Below are positions 24,990 to 40,109 of a stretch of 64,000 nt of DNA, in pieces. The translations under genes and the position numbers were made by a program. This DNA is from Octopus sinensis (Eukaryota). The notes beneath the pieces were generated by a model. It searched no databases. It saw only the letters and a list, made by a program, of their open reading frames with translations, and had not been told where the DNA came from. Position 1 is the first letter of the stretch. Every line of letters begins with the position of its first letter. The stretch lies in NCBI RefSeq assembly GCF_006345805.1, contig NC_043005.1:83886001-83950000 (forward strand), read 5' to 3'.

Positions 24990-26100
24990 TTAAGGTTTTC
25001 TAGGACTTTAGTCTTTGCTAAATCAACTCTAAGGCCCCTTGATTCCAAACCTTGCTTCCACACCTGAAATTTCTTCTCTAGTTCTTGTAGTGATTCAGCA
25101 ATAGGTTCAAAGTCATCAGCATAGAGGAGCTTTCATGAGCAACACATCTGAAATTCTTCTGTTATGGCCAGAAGGGCTATGATGAACAAGAGGGGGCTGA
25201 GAATCGATCCTTTGTGTACACTCCTACATGTACATTGAATTCACTGTTATACTCATTGCCAACCTTCACCTTACAATCAGCATGTCTCTACCTGGTTTCT
25301 ACAGCTCTCACCAATCACTCATTTATCTCTAGCGTTCTGCATTACTTATAAGTTAAGGGAGCAGGGGAGGCCGTCAAAGGCTTTCTCCATTTCAATAAAA
25401 GCAAAGTACTTCTCCTGAAGCAGCTTCACCAAGAAGATAGCATCAGTTGTGCATCTTCCTGGCACAAAACTAAGCTGCATTACATGAAGTCTCCCCCTTT
25501 TTAATTTTTGACCTTCTCTGTAACATTCATTACCTTTTCCAGCGATTCGATACCTTTGTAATTATCTCTCTCTAAAGTGTCAACTTTACATTTGAAGAGT
25601 TGACTATAATGTTGTTTACACCAACCACTGGGTGTGTCACCTTCATGGACAACCTATCTAATTCCCTGTTCCACCACCATGTCACCTATGTGTTGAGAGG
25701 ACTTTGCACTAGCCACAAATTTGGTCAGTGGCCCACATTGCGTTGTCTCGTCAGAACCTCCACTTGTCCTCTATGTTAGTCATATATTACTAAAATCTGT
25801 GTTTCCTTCCTTGCCAATGCTTCATTTAGAACATCTCTAAATCTCTGACTATTCAGAGGATCCTTAAGCTTCCAAATCTTTCTTTTCCAAACTGGTTTGC
25901 TTCTTGGCGTCTTTCTAGCCTGAACTCTGAAATCACTATTAACTAAGACATGTTGAAGTTTGCACTCTTCACCTGGGAAAGGTTTTGTATTTCTAAGCAA
26001 CCAGCTTTCCTGCTTTGTGGTTAGAATGTAGTCAATCCTGCTTTGTGTGGTTACCACATTAATAAGTGAACAGGTGACAGGTTAGTTTCTTAAAGTCGTA
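24990..26100 (-). mobile_element. RTE-like LINE fragment (endonuclease end + RT), decayed
   Basis: IDYILT...PGEECKLQH...SDF, IWKLKDP, LLYADD. Confidence 0.75.
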
Positions 26101-26254
26101 ATTGAAAATCATAAGGTTGTTTGCATTGTGCACACTCATATAAATGCACAAACAAATAAATACATACACATATACATATGTGCACATGCATGTATAATAT
26201 AATATTATACATATATACATATACATATACATACATACATACATATATATATAT

Positions 26255-26329
<75 letters not shown>

Positions 26330-26331
<2 letters not shown>

Positions 26332-27535
26332 AAAAATGAAAGAATGGAGTCGAACGAAGATGTTAACAAAATTCATTTAATAACAATGGTAGTGTTTATG
26401 GTAACAACAATAACGGTATTGTTGTCGGTGGTATTACTGGTTGTAGTACCATTAATAATACTAATAATAATAGAAATAGTGTAGTTGTTAGCGCTAATAA
26501 TGATAGTAACAACAATCATAACAATAAAAACTTCGTTTCGATCTCGGAGGACAACCCCAACAGAATCAAATTTTTGTCTAGTAATTCTAAGATTAAGAAT
26601 TCTATTTACCAGTGTAGAATTTCTTCCGGTACCGATGTCTTCTTCTATATAGGAGCGTCCACTTTCCAGTTATCCAAGAGAATTTCAAACCACTATTCAA
26701 CATTCAGGGATAGTAAAAAACGACATAGTACAGGGCTAAGTAAATTAGTTTGGCGTCTTAAAGACAACAATATAATTTTCAAGTTAGATTGGTTCATACT
26801 GTCTGTATCCTTTTCTTTTGATAAGGGCAGGAGATTTTGTAACATTTGTAACTCTGAACTCTTCCATATTCTTTTCTCTAAGGTTCCCCTAGTAAATACA
26901 ATCATAGAAAAATCATACAAATGTAAACACTGGCAGAAACACACTTTCTACTCATATAAATGATAACGATAGTCACTGTGGTTTGAACAATTAGCTTTAC
27001 GCCCACCCCACTTCTATAGAGAAATTCTTTCCTAAGCCTTCGAACATTCTTTCAATCAACGTACCCTTCCCTCTCCACTTATTCCCTACCTATTATTCCT
27101 TTATTCCTTCTCTTCCTACTATCTATCTTTGACGTCAATTCTTCTAACAGTTTTTTTTAAAAAAACACTCATTTTCGCTTTGTTTACCATGTAGGCAATC
27201 ATCGAAATTTTTGTTTGTCTTGTTGTCGAGAGAGGCTCCCTTTCTTCTTTCCTGATGAGAAGATTGCATAATGCATTGCCCCTTTATTCCTTTGGAATGA
27301 AAACATGCTGTCTTCGAACATATGTCGAGAGTAAAGGATTTTGTTAACATCTTCGTTCGACTCCATTCTTTCATTTATTCATACATATACACACAAATTT
27401 CTGCACATGAACCCGGAGTTTCTACCCTTGACAGGTCGCTTCAAACCGTGTTTCTGACGTGAATTTGCTACCTAGGTTTCGGTTAAACGAATTTTCCATG
27501 CTGACGATAAACATAGGATAATTCATTCACCTACT
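26330..27535 (+). mobile_element. Penelope-like GIY-YIG fragment (26574-26963) between ~50 bp inverted repeats
   Basis: SIYQC...FYIGAST...KRISNHYSTF...STGLSKLVW..LK...CNICNSE; IRs at ~26330-26374 and ~27338-27385. Confidence 0.75.
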
Positions 27536-27624
27536 TAAATATATATATATATATATATAATATATATATATATATATAATATATATATATATATATAATA
27601 TATATATATTTATATATTATATAT

Positions 27625-27703
<79 letters not shown>

Positions 27704-27984
27704 ACACATATAAGCTATTTCTTATGCAACTCATTGACCTCGAGCTCCACTGGGTGTGTATCACCTGGTTTGTTACGGTTGAAATGGCATTAATGTTATT
27801 TTTTTTTATCGAGTTACTCAAATGGAATTTTTTTAAATGTAAAAACAACGAAGAGCAATAAATCACCTCCGCTACGAATACTGTACACGTTGTGTTCAAA
27901 ATAGTGAAGTTATGAAAAATTACTTCGATTCTCATTGGAATTATTGAACACCAACAGCATTTATTTCCCTGGCAATACTCTTTA

Positions 27985-28015
<31 letters not shown>

Positions 28016-28319
28016 ACATCATTTTCATCATCATCATCTTCCTTTAATGTCCATGTCCCATGCTCACATTTGGTATTCAAAGGATAGGAACATTAAGTAT
28101 GATTTAATGGAGTCCTTTATTAGTTACGCACCATCGTAAAATACTGGTAGTTTTAAACGTGATCTTTGTCTTGGGGTATTATATAATTACTTTTAAATAA
28201 ATATCATTGAATTATAAAGGTAATTTTACAATGAAATTTTCTCTAAATAACTAAATAACTCATTCTAAATAACTCATTAATTGTAATTGGTTTTCGCATA
28301 ATATGATGCGCATATTTTT

Positions 28320-29553
28320 TCTGAAAAGTTCCTGGCTTTGGATAAAAGAAAATACATAAGAATCAGTTAATTGTGATGTTATTCAACATATTTCCTCCCT
28401 CACATTCACACACATATTGCAGCGGTCCTTAATTTTTTAAACCCTGTAAAAAGAAATCGAAATGTTGGGCCTCCAACCAAGCGTCTGTAGCAGTGATCAC
28501 ATCCGAATTGGAGTGAAATTTTCTTCCCTTGTGAACATTCTTCAGTTGGGGAAGGAGGTGGTAATCGGAGGGGGACAAGCCAGGAGAGCAAGGAGAATGG
28601 ACTACCTATTCGAAACCAAAGTCGCATGTTTTCTGTAGTTTCCTGTGTTGTGTATGCTGGTGCATTGTCCTGCAAAAATAGGATTTTGCGGCTCAGCTTT
28701 TCACGGTGTTTCTGTTTCAAATCTTCATGTATTTCGTCCAACAGAGACTTGTAGTATTCTGCATTGATAGATGACCCTATGGTTGGTATCTTATGAGTAG
28801 TATTTCGTCTTTGTCCCAGAACACTTAGGCCATAATCTTTCCAGCTGACCTCTGGCTCCGAAACTTCTCGGAACGCAGTAAACTTATGTGGCACCAGTGC
28901 ATTGATTGCTGCTTGGACTGGAGATCATATGACTAAACGAGCCATAAAATTAGCCTCTCTGGCTGCAAACCGGTCCAATATCGCTTTTGATGTTGCCACT
29001 CTGATGTGCTTCTGATCTGCGGTCAGGAATTTCGGCAACCATTTCGCATAAGCTTCCTCATGTCCAGAATGTTGTGGATGATGTGGCCAACACTTTTGCG
29101 TGAAATCCCCAGGGTTTCAGCAATGACTTTAGCTGAAATCTGGCGGTCCTCGAGAATCATGACGTGTACAGCGTCGGCTTTGTCCTCCTCTGTGGCCTCG
29201 GAAGCTGGCCATCCTGATCGGAGTTCATCTGCAACCTCGAAACGATCAGCCTGAAAGCTTAACACCCAGATTTTCATTGTGGAGTAAGATAAGCAGCCAT
29301 CCTTCAAGATTTCTTTCCTCTTGCCATGGATTTCCACTGCTCCTTTGCCTTGCAGAAAGAGGAACTTCATAACCACCCGAGCTACACTTTTACCAAAATC
29401 TACCGTAGGACCAGTCACCATGAGTTAAATGTGCAAAAAAGAAAGAAAGATATTTGTATACCATCGAAGTGTTTTGCATAACTTCTCCTAAATAGCTGTC
29501 GTACTTCCCTGTGAAGTTAAGGGCTCTACACTTTCACTTTCAGAACTCCATCC
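28320..29553 (-). mobile_element. mariner transposon, copy 2
   Basis: same motifs; uninterrupted; left TIR partly deleted. Confidence 0.88.
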
Positions 29554-30973
29554 TATACACATACATACACACACGTGTATGTCTTTATCTAGGTGTGTTG
29601 TGTGTGTGTGTCTTTGTCCTCCACCAATGCTTGAAAACAGGTGTGGGTGTCTTCATGTCGCTGTAACTTAGCAGTTCAGCTAAAGAAATCAAAATAAAAG
29701 GTACCAGGCATAAAAATATAAAATAAAAAGATAGATAGAAACAAAGCATATATAAATAAATATATGCGTACACATGCACACATATTATGTATGTAGGTAG
29801 GGTAAATTGCAACTGTTTCCTCTTGAATCGCAGCTGCTTATTCCATTATTACAATTAAGTGTGTAGTTAGTGTTGTTGTTGTTGTTGTTGTTGTTGTTGT
29901 ATTGCTTGCAGAGTTACATTATAACAAACCAGGAAGTTGAAACAGTTTTAGGTATTATTTATTCCCCATTACACACGTTTCGTTTGTCAATAGGAATTGC
30001 AAAGTTTTACGTGTTAGTGAAGCATGTCGGAGACTTCCTATTAAAAATTCTTCAGACAGAAAAGTGAATTATACAAAACTTACATTTGGCTGAAGCGTTT
30101 AAATAGATTTAATAAACAGGAGTTTTATAGGAAGTTGGGGGAAGAAGGGGAGCAAATTAAAAAGTAAAGAAAATGGAAGACAGAGTCACACACATACACA
30201 CACAAGGAACAATGTCATCTTTGATGAAAACTCATTCACTCTATTTTATAAATTTGGGTTAAGTTTATATCTAGAGACAGCACAAAGAAGCCTTTAAAAC
30301 TGACTGTTTAACCCCAACTGTGAAGAATGGCAGTGATTCTGTGATGATTCAGGTAGTCATAATATGAAATTCTCTTGGCGCGACATGGCAGATTTAATAT
30401 CAAGGATTATCTGAGTATATTAGCTGACCATATCAATTCAGTGGTGTAAATATTGTTCCCTGATGGGATCACAATCTTCCAGGGCAATAATGGCACAATT
30501 CACATGGGTAATGTTATTCAGAATATTGTATGAAGACCACCCCTACAATCATTCCACCCTAACATAACTGAACGTTTATGATGCATTTTGGAGTAACAAG
30601 GGAGGAGCTGTTTCCTTCCACCATTGTTGTGGAAAGATCCAAAGAAGGCTTTATTTAAAGAATGGATCAAAATTCCCTTAACAACCATCCAGGACTTGTA
30701 CAAGTCAATTCCTCAACATATTAAATCTGTGATTAATGCCAAACATGGACCAATTCCATATTAAATAATAAAACTTCCATTTCATCCTGGTGTTTCCATC
30801 ATTTTATCCAAACTCTTTTAGAGAAACCAGAGAATGGATTATTGAAATTATGTACAGCTTAGTTAGCCATTCAAAGAATTATATTAAGGGTTCACATGCC
30901 TGTGAAATACCGAAAAGGGGATTTTTTCTCTCTTTTACTAAAAACTTCTGTCTTCTATCTTTTTCTTTTTCAG

Positions 30974-31155
30974 CCCATCGATGGATGTTAACTGCCAGTT
31001 CGATATTAGGCCGTTTGTTTATCTCTGCAGCTTTTGGAATCGTGTATTTATACACTTTGGAATTATACCCAACTTGTATAAGAAACCGTGCATTGGGGAC
31101 GTTATCCACCTTTGCCCGTATTGGTGGCGCTTTGGCACCTTACACTCTCAATGTT
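30974..31155 (+). CDS. SLC22: duplicate exon 5' (distal cassette; alternative exon or pseudo-exon)
   Basis: same length and splice sites as 17763-17944; S>T and G>R changes; frame open. Confidence 0.6.
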
Positions 31156-31879
31156 GTAAGTATTTAAATTCTTTCAGACTTTCTATTCGTTTTGTTGTTC
31201 GTCCCTTTTGTTAGTCCACCCATCGTGGAACCAGCACAACTAGTAAAGAGACAGAGATAGGCTTATCTTTCTATGGATTTACATAACAACTTACGAATAA
31301 GGAAATATTATCCATCAGACCAAGCACAATGGCTATAAACCTTTTGTTACCGTATTTGGGATGAAATACACTGTATTTGTTTCAAAGAATTTAGTAAAAT
31401 AGCTAAGCCTTTTCTTACCACATTTCTGAAATACACAGCCTTTGTTTTAATTAATTTTGAAATAACGAAGAATTTAGTGGAATAACTTTGTCATTATTAA
31501 GCTGCTACTTCCGATGGTGAGCTGGCAGAATCATTAACAGATTGGAACACAGTTGTCAAATTAAGTACTTTTTCTCTAAATAATTTTTTTGCTTTCAAAC
31601 TTTTATGCTGGTTGTTTTTTTCCTAGCACTCCCTTACAATTCCTCTTCTTGATGTTTCCATTGATTATTTATTTGCAGCTTTCCACTCATCTGACCAAAC
31701 GGTTGTCATTTTCCGATTCCACACGTATTTATTTGTATTGTTGCTTCCTGAATGAATTTGCTTGTGCCTTCTATTATCTGTCCTATGTCTTGATTTCATT
31801 TGTCGTCTGAGAGAAATTAGGTATTGTAATTGTTACTGAGAATATCCCCGCCCCCAGGTATTAATGGGTATCTCAGCTA

Positions 31880-31922
<43 letters not shown>

Positions 31923-31995
31923 GTGTGTGTGTGTGTGTGCGTGCATGCATGTATGTATGTATGTATGTATGTATGTATGTATGTATGTATGTATG

Positions 31996-32037
<42 letters not shown>

Positions 32038-32919
32038 TCATACAATATAGTATATATTTAAACACAAGGAATCCATTTGTAAGAATTCTACACCTTAGAA
32101 TGAACAGCTAGGTTATATAACCACAAAAATTAGGGATAAAATTCGACATGAACGAATTAAAACATGAAAAACATTTTACCATCTAGTTTCTTGGACCAAT
32201 TGGTTTCTGATTTTAGTTTAGCGAGTCAAGGAACTCACTAGGTGCAATATTCTAAGAAGGACCACCTAGGGTTAAACATATACACACGGGATGATCAAAA
32301 CTACTTGCCCTGTGTTTATACGTTCTAACTTTTTCAAAATCTACTGCGCAGCCACAGTCCTTCGCCGGCAATAAAAAAAAAACCACCAACTTTTAAAACC
32401 GAAAATTATCCAAAAAATTTACAATATTTAATCATATCAAAGGAAAATGGAAATTAATTAAAATTTACATTTCCGGTGGTCTAACGTATAAAAAATTTAG
32501 TCAAAGAGACTATATATTAGTCATACGATATAGTGTATATTTAAACACACAAGGAATCCACTTATAGGAATTCAACTCACTAGAAAGAACAGCTAGGTAC
32601 TATAACCAGAAAAATTAGGGATAAAATTCGACAGGAACGAATTGAAAAATGAAAAACATTTTACCATCTTGTTTCCTGAACCAATTGGTTTCTGATGTGT
32701 ATATATATATCATTTGCTGAAGTGTTTAACTAGATTAAATAAACAGGAATTTCATATATATATATATATATATATACATGCTGACATTAGCACTGGATAA
32801 ACATGGTGGGAACAATTTTGACCATAAGTGTGCTTGTTCAGTAATGATCTGGGGCCAAACAACAACAAAATAAACAAAACGTTTTTAATTTCCTGGTTTT
32901 TGTGTTTTTTTTCTTTCAG

Positions 32920-33083
32920 TCAGATTTGATTCCTGGCAAGGTTGGTCGAATACTGCCGATGGTTCTTATGGGAGCACTTTCCATAATCGCGGGGCTATTT
33001 TCATTGTTGTTACCCGAAACAAACAACAGGAAAATGATGGACAACTTCAGTGATTTGACCAAATCTGGAGAACTGGAGTTCGC
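32920..33083 (+). CDS. SLC22: duplicate exon 6' (distal cassette)
   Basis: same length and splice sites as 20008-20171; V>I change. Confidence 0.6.
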
Positions 33084-34604
33084 GTAGGTGTCTCTTACAT
33101 GATTTAAACATCATCATCATCATCATCATTGTTAGCATTATCATCATCATAACCATCACTATCAGCAACATAATAATTATCATCATCTTCATCATCATTA
33201 TGAACCAAGAAGCCAGCCTTTAATCGATCATTCGACTTGCTAGAAATTACACCCAGTCACCTTAGAAAAAGAAGGACACGTTGAATATTGAGGCGGCACA
33301 ATGGTCAGAAAACAAAGCAGATTGTTTAAGGCTGGAATGCTTTTGACCATAGGTCTCCTCAGTCTGAAGAAATCTGGGTTACTTGGTGGCAGTTTTTGTT
33401 TGGGTAAGGGTCTGAGCCCATAGCCATTGTGGAACTCTTCGACTTTGGTAACTCTGATGCCGTTAGCATTTCTCTTGTTGTGTTGTAAGTGAATGGCCAC
33501 TGGGAGAAAGTGCCAGAAGAACAATGTCCTAGAAAGGAAAGATTAACTGTTGTAGTTAGCAGTGCTGTAGCATGGGCAAGACCAAAGGACAGTTACTATG
33601 GACTCAAAATTCTTAGAGGCACAAGATTCCAAAAGAAAAATTAAAGCGGTTGTCTGATAGGGTGTTTGCTTCCCAACCACGTGGTTGCAGGTTCTGTTCC
33701 ACTGCATGACACTTTGAGAAAATGTTCTCTGTTATAGCCTCGGGGCAACCAAATCCTTATGAGTTGATTTGGTTGACAGAAACTGTATGAAGCCTGTTGT
33801 ATTATGAAAATATAGATAGATATAGTACATTTTTGTTGATTCTACCTCTATCGGATCTACAAACCACACACACACACACACATATACGCGTATGTATATA
33901 TATATGTATGTATGCATGAATAAATTTATGTATGTGTGTGCATATGCGTTTCTGTCTCTATTTGTCCCCCCCTCCCCCGCTTGACAACCAGCATTGGTGT
34001 GTATATAGTCCCGGAGCTTAGTGGTTTAGCAAAAGGGCACCAACAGAATATGTAGCAGACTGTTAAAAATTCTTCAATGCAGTTCTCCAGTATGGCCACA
34101 GTCTCATGCTTCAAACAAATAAAACATAACCGATAAAAAATTCAAAATAACCTATTTCCCCCACTTACTCAGAATTTGATTTATTCCCTCCCCCCCTTTT
34201 GTTGGCTTCCCTTGCAATGCCCCTGGGGTTTAATGCAGGGCAATGAAGAGTTGGACACTGTAGGAGTGAAAATAGGAGAGGAAAACGAGTGAGTCAGTGA
34301 TACCTGAATGGATATGAGTTGAGACTAGCTAACTCCCAGGAGCAACAGCAGTGGACGGGAAGGTGGTTTGCACAAAAATAACATCATTGATTTAAGATAA
34401 TCTTAATCATCATCAACATCATCGTCATCATCATCGTCATCATCACCATCATCACAATCATCATCATCTGCATCATCAGCCACAACAATATTGTCCTCCT
34501 CCTTATCATCACTATTATCATCATATTTCAAATATTAAACATTATTTTGCTAAATGTCTGAATGGCTCTTTCCTCTTTTTCTTTCTTTCTTTTTTCCCTT
34601 CCAG

Positions 34605-34683
34605 TACTAAAAAGGATGCAATTCTAAAGGAAGAAACCCAACCTATGAAACCGATACAACCTGCAGAGGATATTAAATCTTAA
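34605..34683 (+). CDS. SLC22: duplicate terminal exon 7' (distal cassette)
   Basis: same acceptor and stop codon as 21689-21767; I>T change. Confidence 0.5.
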
Positions 34684-34985
34684 TTTACGTGTGTATGTAT
34701 ATATTTATATACATACGTGATTGTATGTATGTATGTATGTATGTATGTATGTATGTATGTATGTATGTATGTATGTATGTGAGCATACACACACTGTTTG
34801 ACAGACAGACAGAGAGATAGATCATAAAAGTGGACACAAGAAATGATATTAATGCACTATAGGATTGTAAAGGCATATGTTTATATATGAGTGTGTGTGT
34901 GTGTGTGTGTGTGTGTATTTATATATATACATATATACACTCATACATACATATATACACTCATACATACATATATACATATTCA

Positions 34986-37900
34986 TCTCTGTATATATAA
35001 AACTGAGAATGTGTGTCTGTCTGTGTGTTTCCATAAAACTTGAGAACTGCACAGCCAATTTCATTCAAATTTTACACATGCCTTACTTAAGGTCCGGGGA
35101 GTGTCATCGGCAAAAAAAGATCTTAACTTTTTCCCTAAGGCGACCCCACAGCAATATCATATCTTCTCCACTATTTCAGTATTACGTGTTAAAAGTGAAA
35201 CAAAAACATCTCTCTTTTGTAATGCAGACACTTTCACTTTAATACTGAAACTATTAAAGTGAAAGTATTATATAACAGGGTTGAACCATTAACAACGGTC
35301 ATCCATTTTGCTAGAAGAAGATCCGCTATGGTCTTATATGCTACACCACTGGTTTTCAATTCATATTAATCAAATTAATATTCAATTTTTCACCCTTATT
35401 ATGTGTGTGTGTGTGTGTGTGTGTTTTAGCAATTGGTATAAAATTACATCAATGACTTGAACTTGAATAAGTGGTTTCACATAAATGGGGATAAATTAAA
35501 AAGGTTTGTTGTTATTATTATTACTGTTTGACTATTGTAATCACGTTTGTTGGTTCCTCGTCAGGGAAACGTTGTTGTGTTGCATTTGTTAAATAATTGT
35601 AAACCGTAACCCTCCCTCTTTCGGAGAAGGGGCTTTGGTTATTGTTTAAAAATTGAATTGTGTCCCTGTTTGGGGAAATTGACAATATTTTCACCGTTTT
35701 TATGGAAGCATTTTTGTTAAAATGCCTTCGATAGAAGAAAGTCCAATAATGAATTTCGCTGCAGCCGCACACTTCTATACAAGAGGGAGGACAAGATCCA
35801 ATTGATAGAAATTGCAAGAGACGGGCCTACAATTCCAGTCTGTTATATATTTTGAGTATTGTTATCACTAGCGATATCAAGATATAACTTTGTATTTTGT
35901 ATTTTATGTGTAGATGTATATATATAGTTGTACACGTAATATGTATACATATATATATACACATATATACATGCATAATATATCTACCCATACACACATA
36001 CGCACACACACATGGGCGCAGGTATGGCTGTGTGGTAAAAAAAACTACGTTCCAAACACTGTGTGGTGACTTGGCATGTGTCTTCTGCTGTAGCCTCAGA
36101 CCAACAAAAGCCTTCTCAGTGGATTTTGTACATATATACAGGCATACATACATATATATACTTGCATACGTACATATTCGGCATAAAAACTCTACCACTA
36201 CAACTAATAACTGTTGGGAACACTTTCAAACCTGCCTTACATTCGAACCGGAATCTCAACGCCCGAGTTTTCCATCTGAAGTTAATCTCTCTCATGGAGC
36301 TCATACAAAAAGGGCAAGTCTTTTGGCCCATACAATGTGACATGTAGACAATCGAGTGGCAAAAAAGGGGCCTTCCACATGCTCATATCCTGCTTTGGCT
36401 CTCAGCGAAGATCAATTCCTATGACAACGACAAAATAATCTCTGCAGAGCTTCCTGATCCAGCTTTAGACAAAGAACTATACGAAATAGTTAAAGCAAAC
36501 ATGGTACATGGTCCATGTGGGCGTGGATTCAACATAAACACACCATGCTTGAAGGACAGCATATGTTCAAAAAGATTTCCAAGGAGGTTCCTACAAGAAA
36601 CTCAGACGGGTGCTGATGGGTATCCATAATACAGACGCAGAAAACCAGAAGACGGAGGTTTCACAGCAACTATCGGACAGTACGATATTGATAATAGATG
36701 GATTGTTCCATACTGCCCACTCCTGTCAAAGACTTTCAATGCTCAAATCAACGTTGAGTTTTGCAACTCCGTTAAATCCATGAAGTACGTTTGCAAATAT
36801 GTAAACAAGGGTTCTGACGCTGCAATGTTTGGTCTTCAACAAGAATACTGCCAGGATGAGGTGACGCATTATCAGGTGGGACGGTACATAAGTAGCAACG
36901 AGGCTTTCTGGCGCATCTTTGGCTTTCCAATTCACCAACGACACTCCGCCATTCAACAGCTTTCAGTGAACCTAGAAAATGGTCAAAGAGTGTAATTCAC
37001 CGATGCTAATATTTCTCTGTTGGCAGAGGAACCAAAGGATAGCACACTCACTGCATTCTTCAAGCTTTGTCAAGTGGATCCATTCGCTCAAACCTTCCTT
37101 TATCTACATCCACAGATTCCATCGTACTACATTTGGAATGGAAAAAAAATGGGCCCCACGGAAAGCAGGTCAAAATGTTCATGGATACCCTGGCATTAAG
37201 TTTCACACTTGCCTTGGGCGAGTATACACAGTGCATCCCACTCAACAAGAGTGCTTCTACCTTCGTCTACTACTGCATGAGGTCAGTGGGCCAACGTCTT
37301 TCCAGGCACTAAAAACCGTTCATGGACATGTCTGCACAACATACAGAGAAGCCTGCTATTGACAAGGTCTGTTAGAAGATGGTGCACAATGGGATGCAAC
37401 TTGAGGAGAGGCTGCTTTATCACAATCACCTAAAAGTCTCAGGGCACTATTTGCAGTATTACTACAGGCATGCGAAATGTGTGATCCGGCCACTCTATGG
37501 CTCAAATATAGAGACAACCTGGCTGAAGACTTTCAGCGCCAAGCTCAACTACTCTATCCTGACATGGAGGATATCAGCAATGAAATCTATAACAAAACAC
37601 TCATTGACATTGAAGACAGATTTGCTAAACTGGGTGGAAATGAATTGTCGACGTATGGCCTGCCACAAGCATTCAGGTCAGGGTCAAATAGCCTTCCCAC
37701 TGATGTCATTCGTGAAACAACCTACGACACTCAAGCGCTTTCAAAGTACATTGTTGAAAATGAGCCTAAATTACTTCCGGACCAGCTACAGGCTTACAGA
37801 ACTATTCTTAACAGTGTACGCCAACGCGAGGTACGAATCTTCTTCCTCAATGCTCCTGGAGGGACAGGAAAAACATTTATTACAAAACTTCTCCTTGCAG

Positions 37901-38893
37901 AAGTTAGGCAGCATCAGGACAGTAGCTGTAGCCTCCTCTGGTATTGCAGCTACTTTGTTACCCGGTGGCAGGACAGCACACTCAATTTTTAAACTCCCTC
38001 TCAATTTAGCAGCATCCGAAATGCCTTCATGCAACATCAACAAAAGCTCAGATCAGGGACAAGTACTTAAAATTTGTCATCTAATTGTCTGGGACGAGTG
38101 CACTATGGCTCATAAGGGAGCTTTGGAAGCATTAGATAGAACCCTGAAAGACATCCGAGACTGTCAGGCTCCAATGGGAGGTGTAACGCTTCTGTTGTCA
38201 GGTGATTTCAGGCAAACTCTTCCTGTCATTCCGAAAGGCACTAGAGCAGATAAAGTCCAAGCATGTCTAAAGTCCTCTACCCTGTGGCATCATTTTACAA
38301 TCCTCAGTCTCACCACTAGCATGAGAGCTCAGCTACACGGCGACAAAATATCCACAAAGTTTGCACAGGACATTTTGACACTTGGTGAAGGCTAGATGCC
38401 TCTCGATGCTGCAGGACAAATGGAAGTGTGGTCATTTTCCTCTGTTATTAATTCTGTAGACAACCTCAAAAACAAAGTCTTTCCCAACTTCACACAAAAC
38501 TACCAAAATCACAATTGGCTCTGTGAAAAAGCAATAATAGCTCCAAAAAACATCACTGTTAACAAAATTAATCAACAGCTAATGCATTCTCTTCTCGGCA
38601 CTATACACACTTACAAGTCTGTTGATACAATTTCAGATACAAATGAAGTTGTGAACTATCCTCCTGAATTTATCAATTCACTGGAGCCTCCTGGACTACC
38701 TCCACACATATTAGCACTTAAAGTTGGAACTCAAGAGTAGGAACCAAAAGAAACCTTTTTGTATATGCTCCACAAGGAAAAACAAGGAACATTGTTTACA
38801 ACGAGGTGTTATAATCTCGACAGCCAGAAGGTATATACATGATCCCCCTTTTTTTTAACAAAGTTCATGTACTTTCATGTATTTATATTAATA

Positions 38894-38940
<47 letters not shown>

Positions 38941-39011
38941 CCATGTATATATAACAGAAAAGTCTACTTCTTCAATTGAATGTAACCGGGCAACTCCGGG
39001 TATCTCCGCTA

Positions 39012-39012
<1 letters not shown>
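34986..39012 (+). mobile_element. Helitron, copy 2 (RepHel pseudogene at ~36210-38815), both termini recognisable
   Basis: 5' A|TCTCTGTATATATAAAACTG; HUH and KYVCKYVNKG motifs; PIF1 motifs GGTGKT, WDECTM, GDFRQTLPV; GC hairpin + CTAG|T. Confidence 0.88.
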
Positions 39013-39055
<43 letters not shown>

Positions 39056-40109
39056 CTGTGTATGTTTATGCATTTGAAAAAGATTCAAACAAAATTAAAT
39101 GGTATTTTCTGGCCGAATGAAATCCTGTTTATTCATGCAAGACTGCGAACAGGGAGTAATGATTGTAAAAATGAAAGCAGAAAAACAACATACTGGCAGT
39201 AAGAAGTGGCAGCACTATGAAATAGACAAGTGTTTCTTTAACTTTTAGTGCCAAGATCAATTCCAGGTGTCGTTCTAGCTTGGCAAAGGTTGGCCTCAGT
39301 TCAGCTGATTTGTTCTACATATACAACACAAGAAGAGCAAGTTTCCTCTGTTGGTCCTCTACAACCCGTGATGCTGTGGCTGTTGACTGTCTATTTATAG
39401 AGAGTAGCCCTAAAGATGGCAACGGAAGAAGGAAGACCTTTCGTTGGAGAAGGATAAGGGATGTATGGTGTGACCTTAACAGATAAAAAGGTGATACTGA
39501 GATTTTTTAAATGATAAGGGCTGCAAACGGCTTCCTTAAAAAGGTAAAAAGGCTGTACAGGGCCTCTTTAAGAGGTAAAGGCTGCATAGGACTGTTCAAC
39601 CAGCAACTTTGATATCATCCTTAGAAGGTAAGCTATGGCCCTAGACAGGGAATTATAAAGCACTGAACTAGATTCTATAAAAGACTTAACAGGATTCACC
39701 ATCCACTGTTGCTTCTTAAGTGAAATTATAATCGTAATTCTTCGGTGAAAAATTAAATATAAATTGATATTTATGAATTTAGGTTTATCTTCACTTGTTT
39801 CAAAGAAAGTTTTTAAAGTATTTCAAAGAATTTTAAAAAATGAAATAAAATGAAATAAAAGCAAACAAGCAAGTAAGCATGCCATCTGGCAGATTAGAAC
39901 CTGTCGACAGTTTGGTGTTAGAAAGAAAGCTCCAGCCTCCTTCCAAATAGATGCTATCTTTGATGATATTCGGTCTGTTACAAAGGCAACCATTTCATTC
40001 CTGGCAACAAGGCATAAAAAAAGCAAAACAACAAAACAAAAAGGTAAAAATAAGACAAAGCGGCAGTTGAGTTGAAATTTTCAAAAATTCAAAACATCGG
40101 ACCTTGCTT

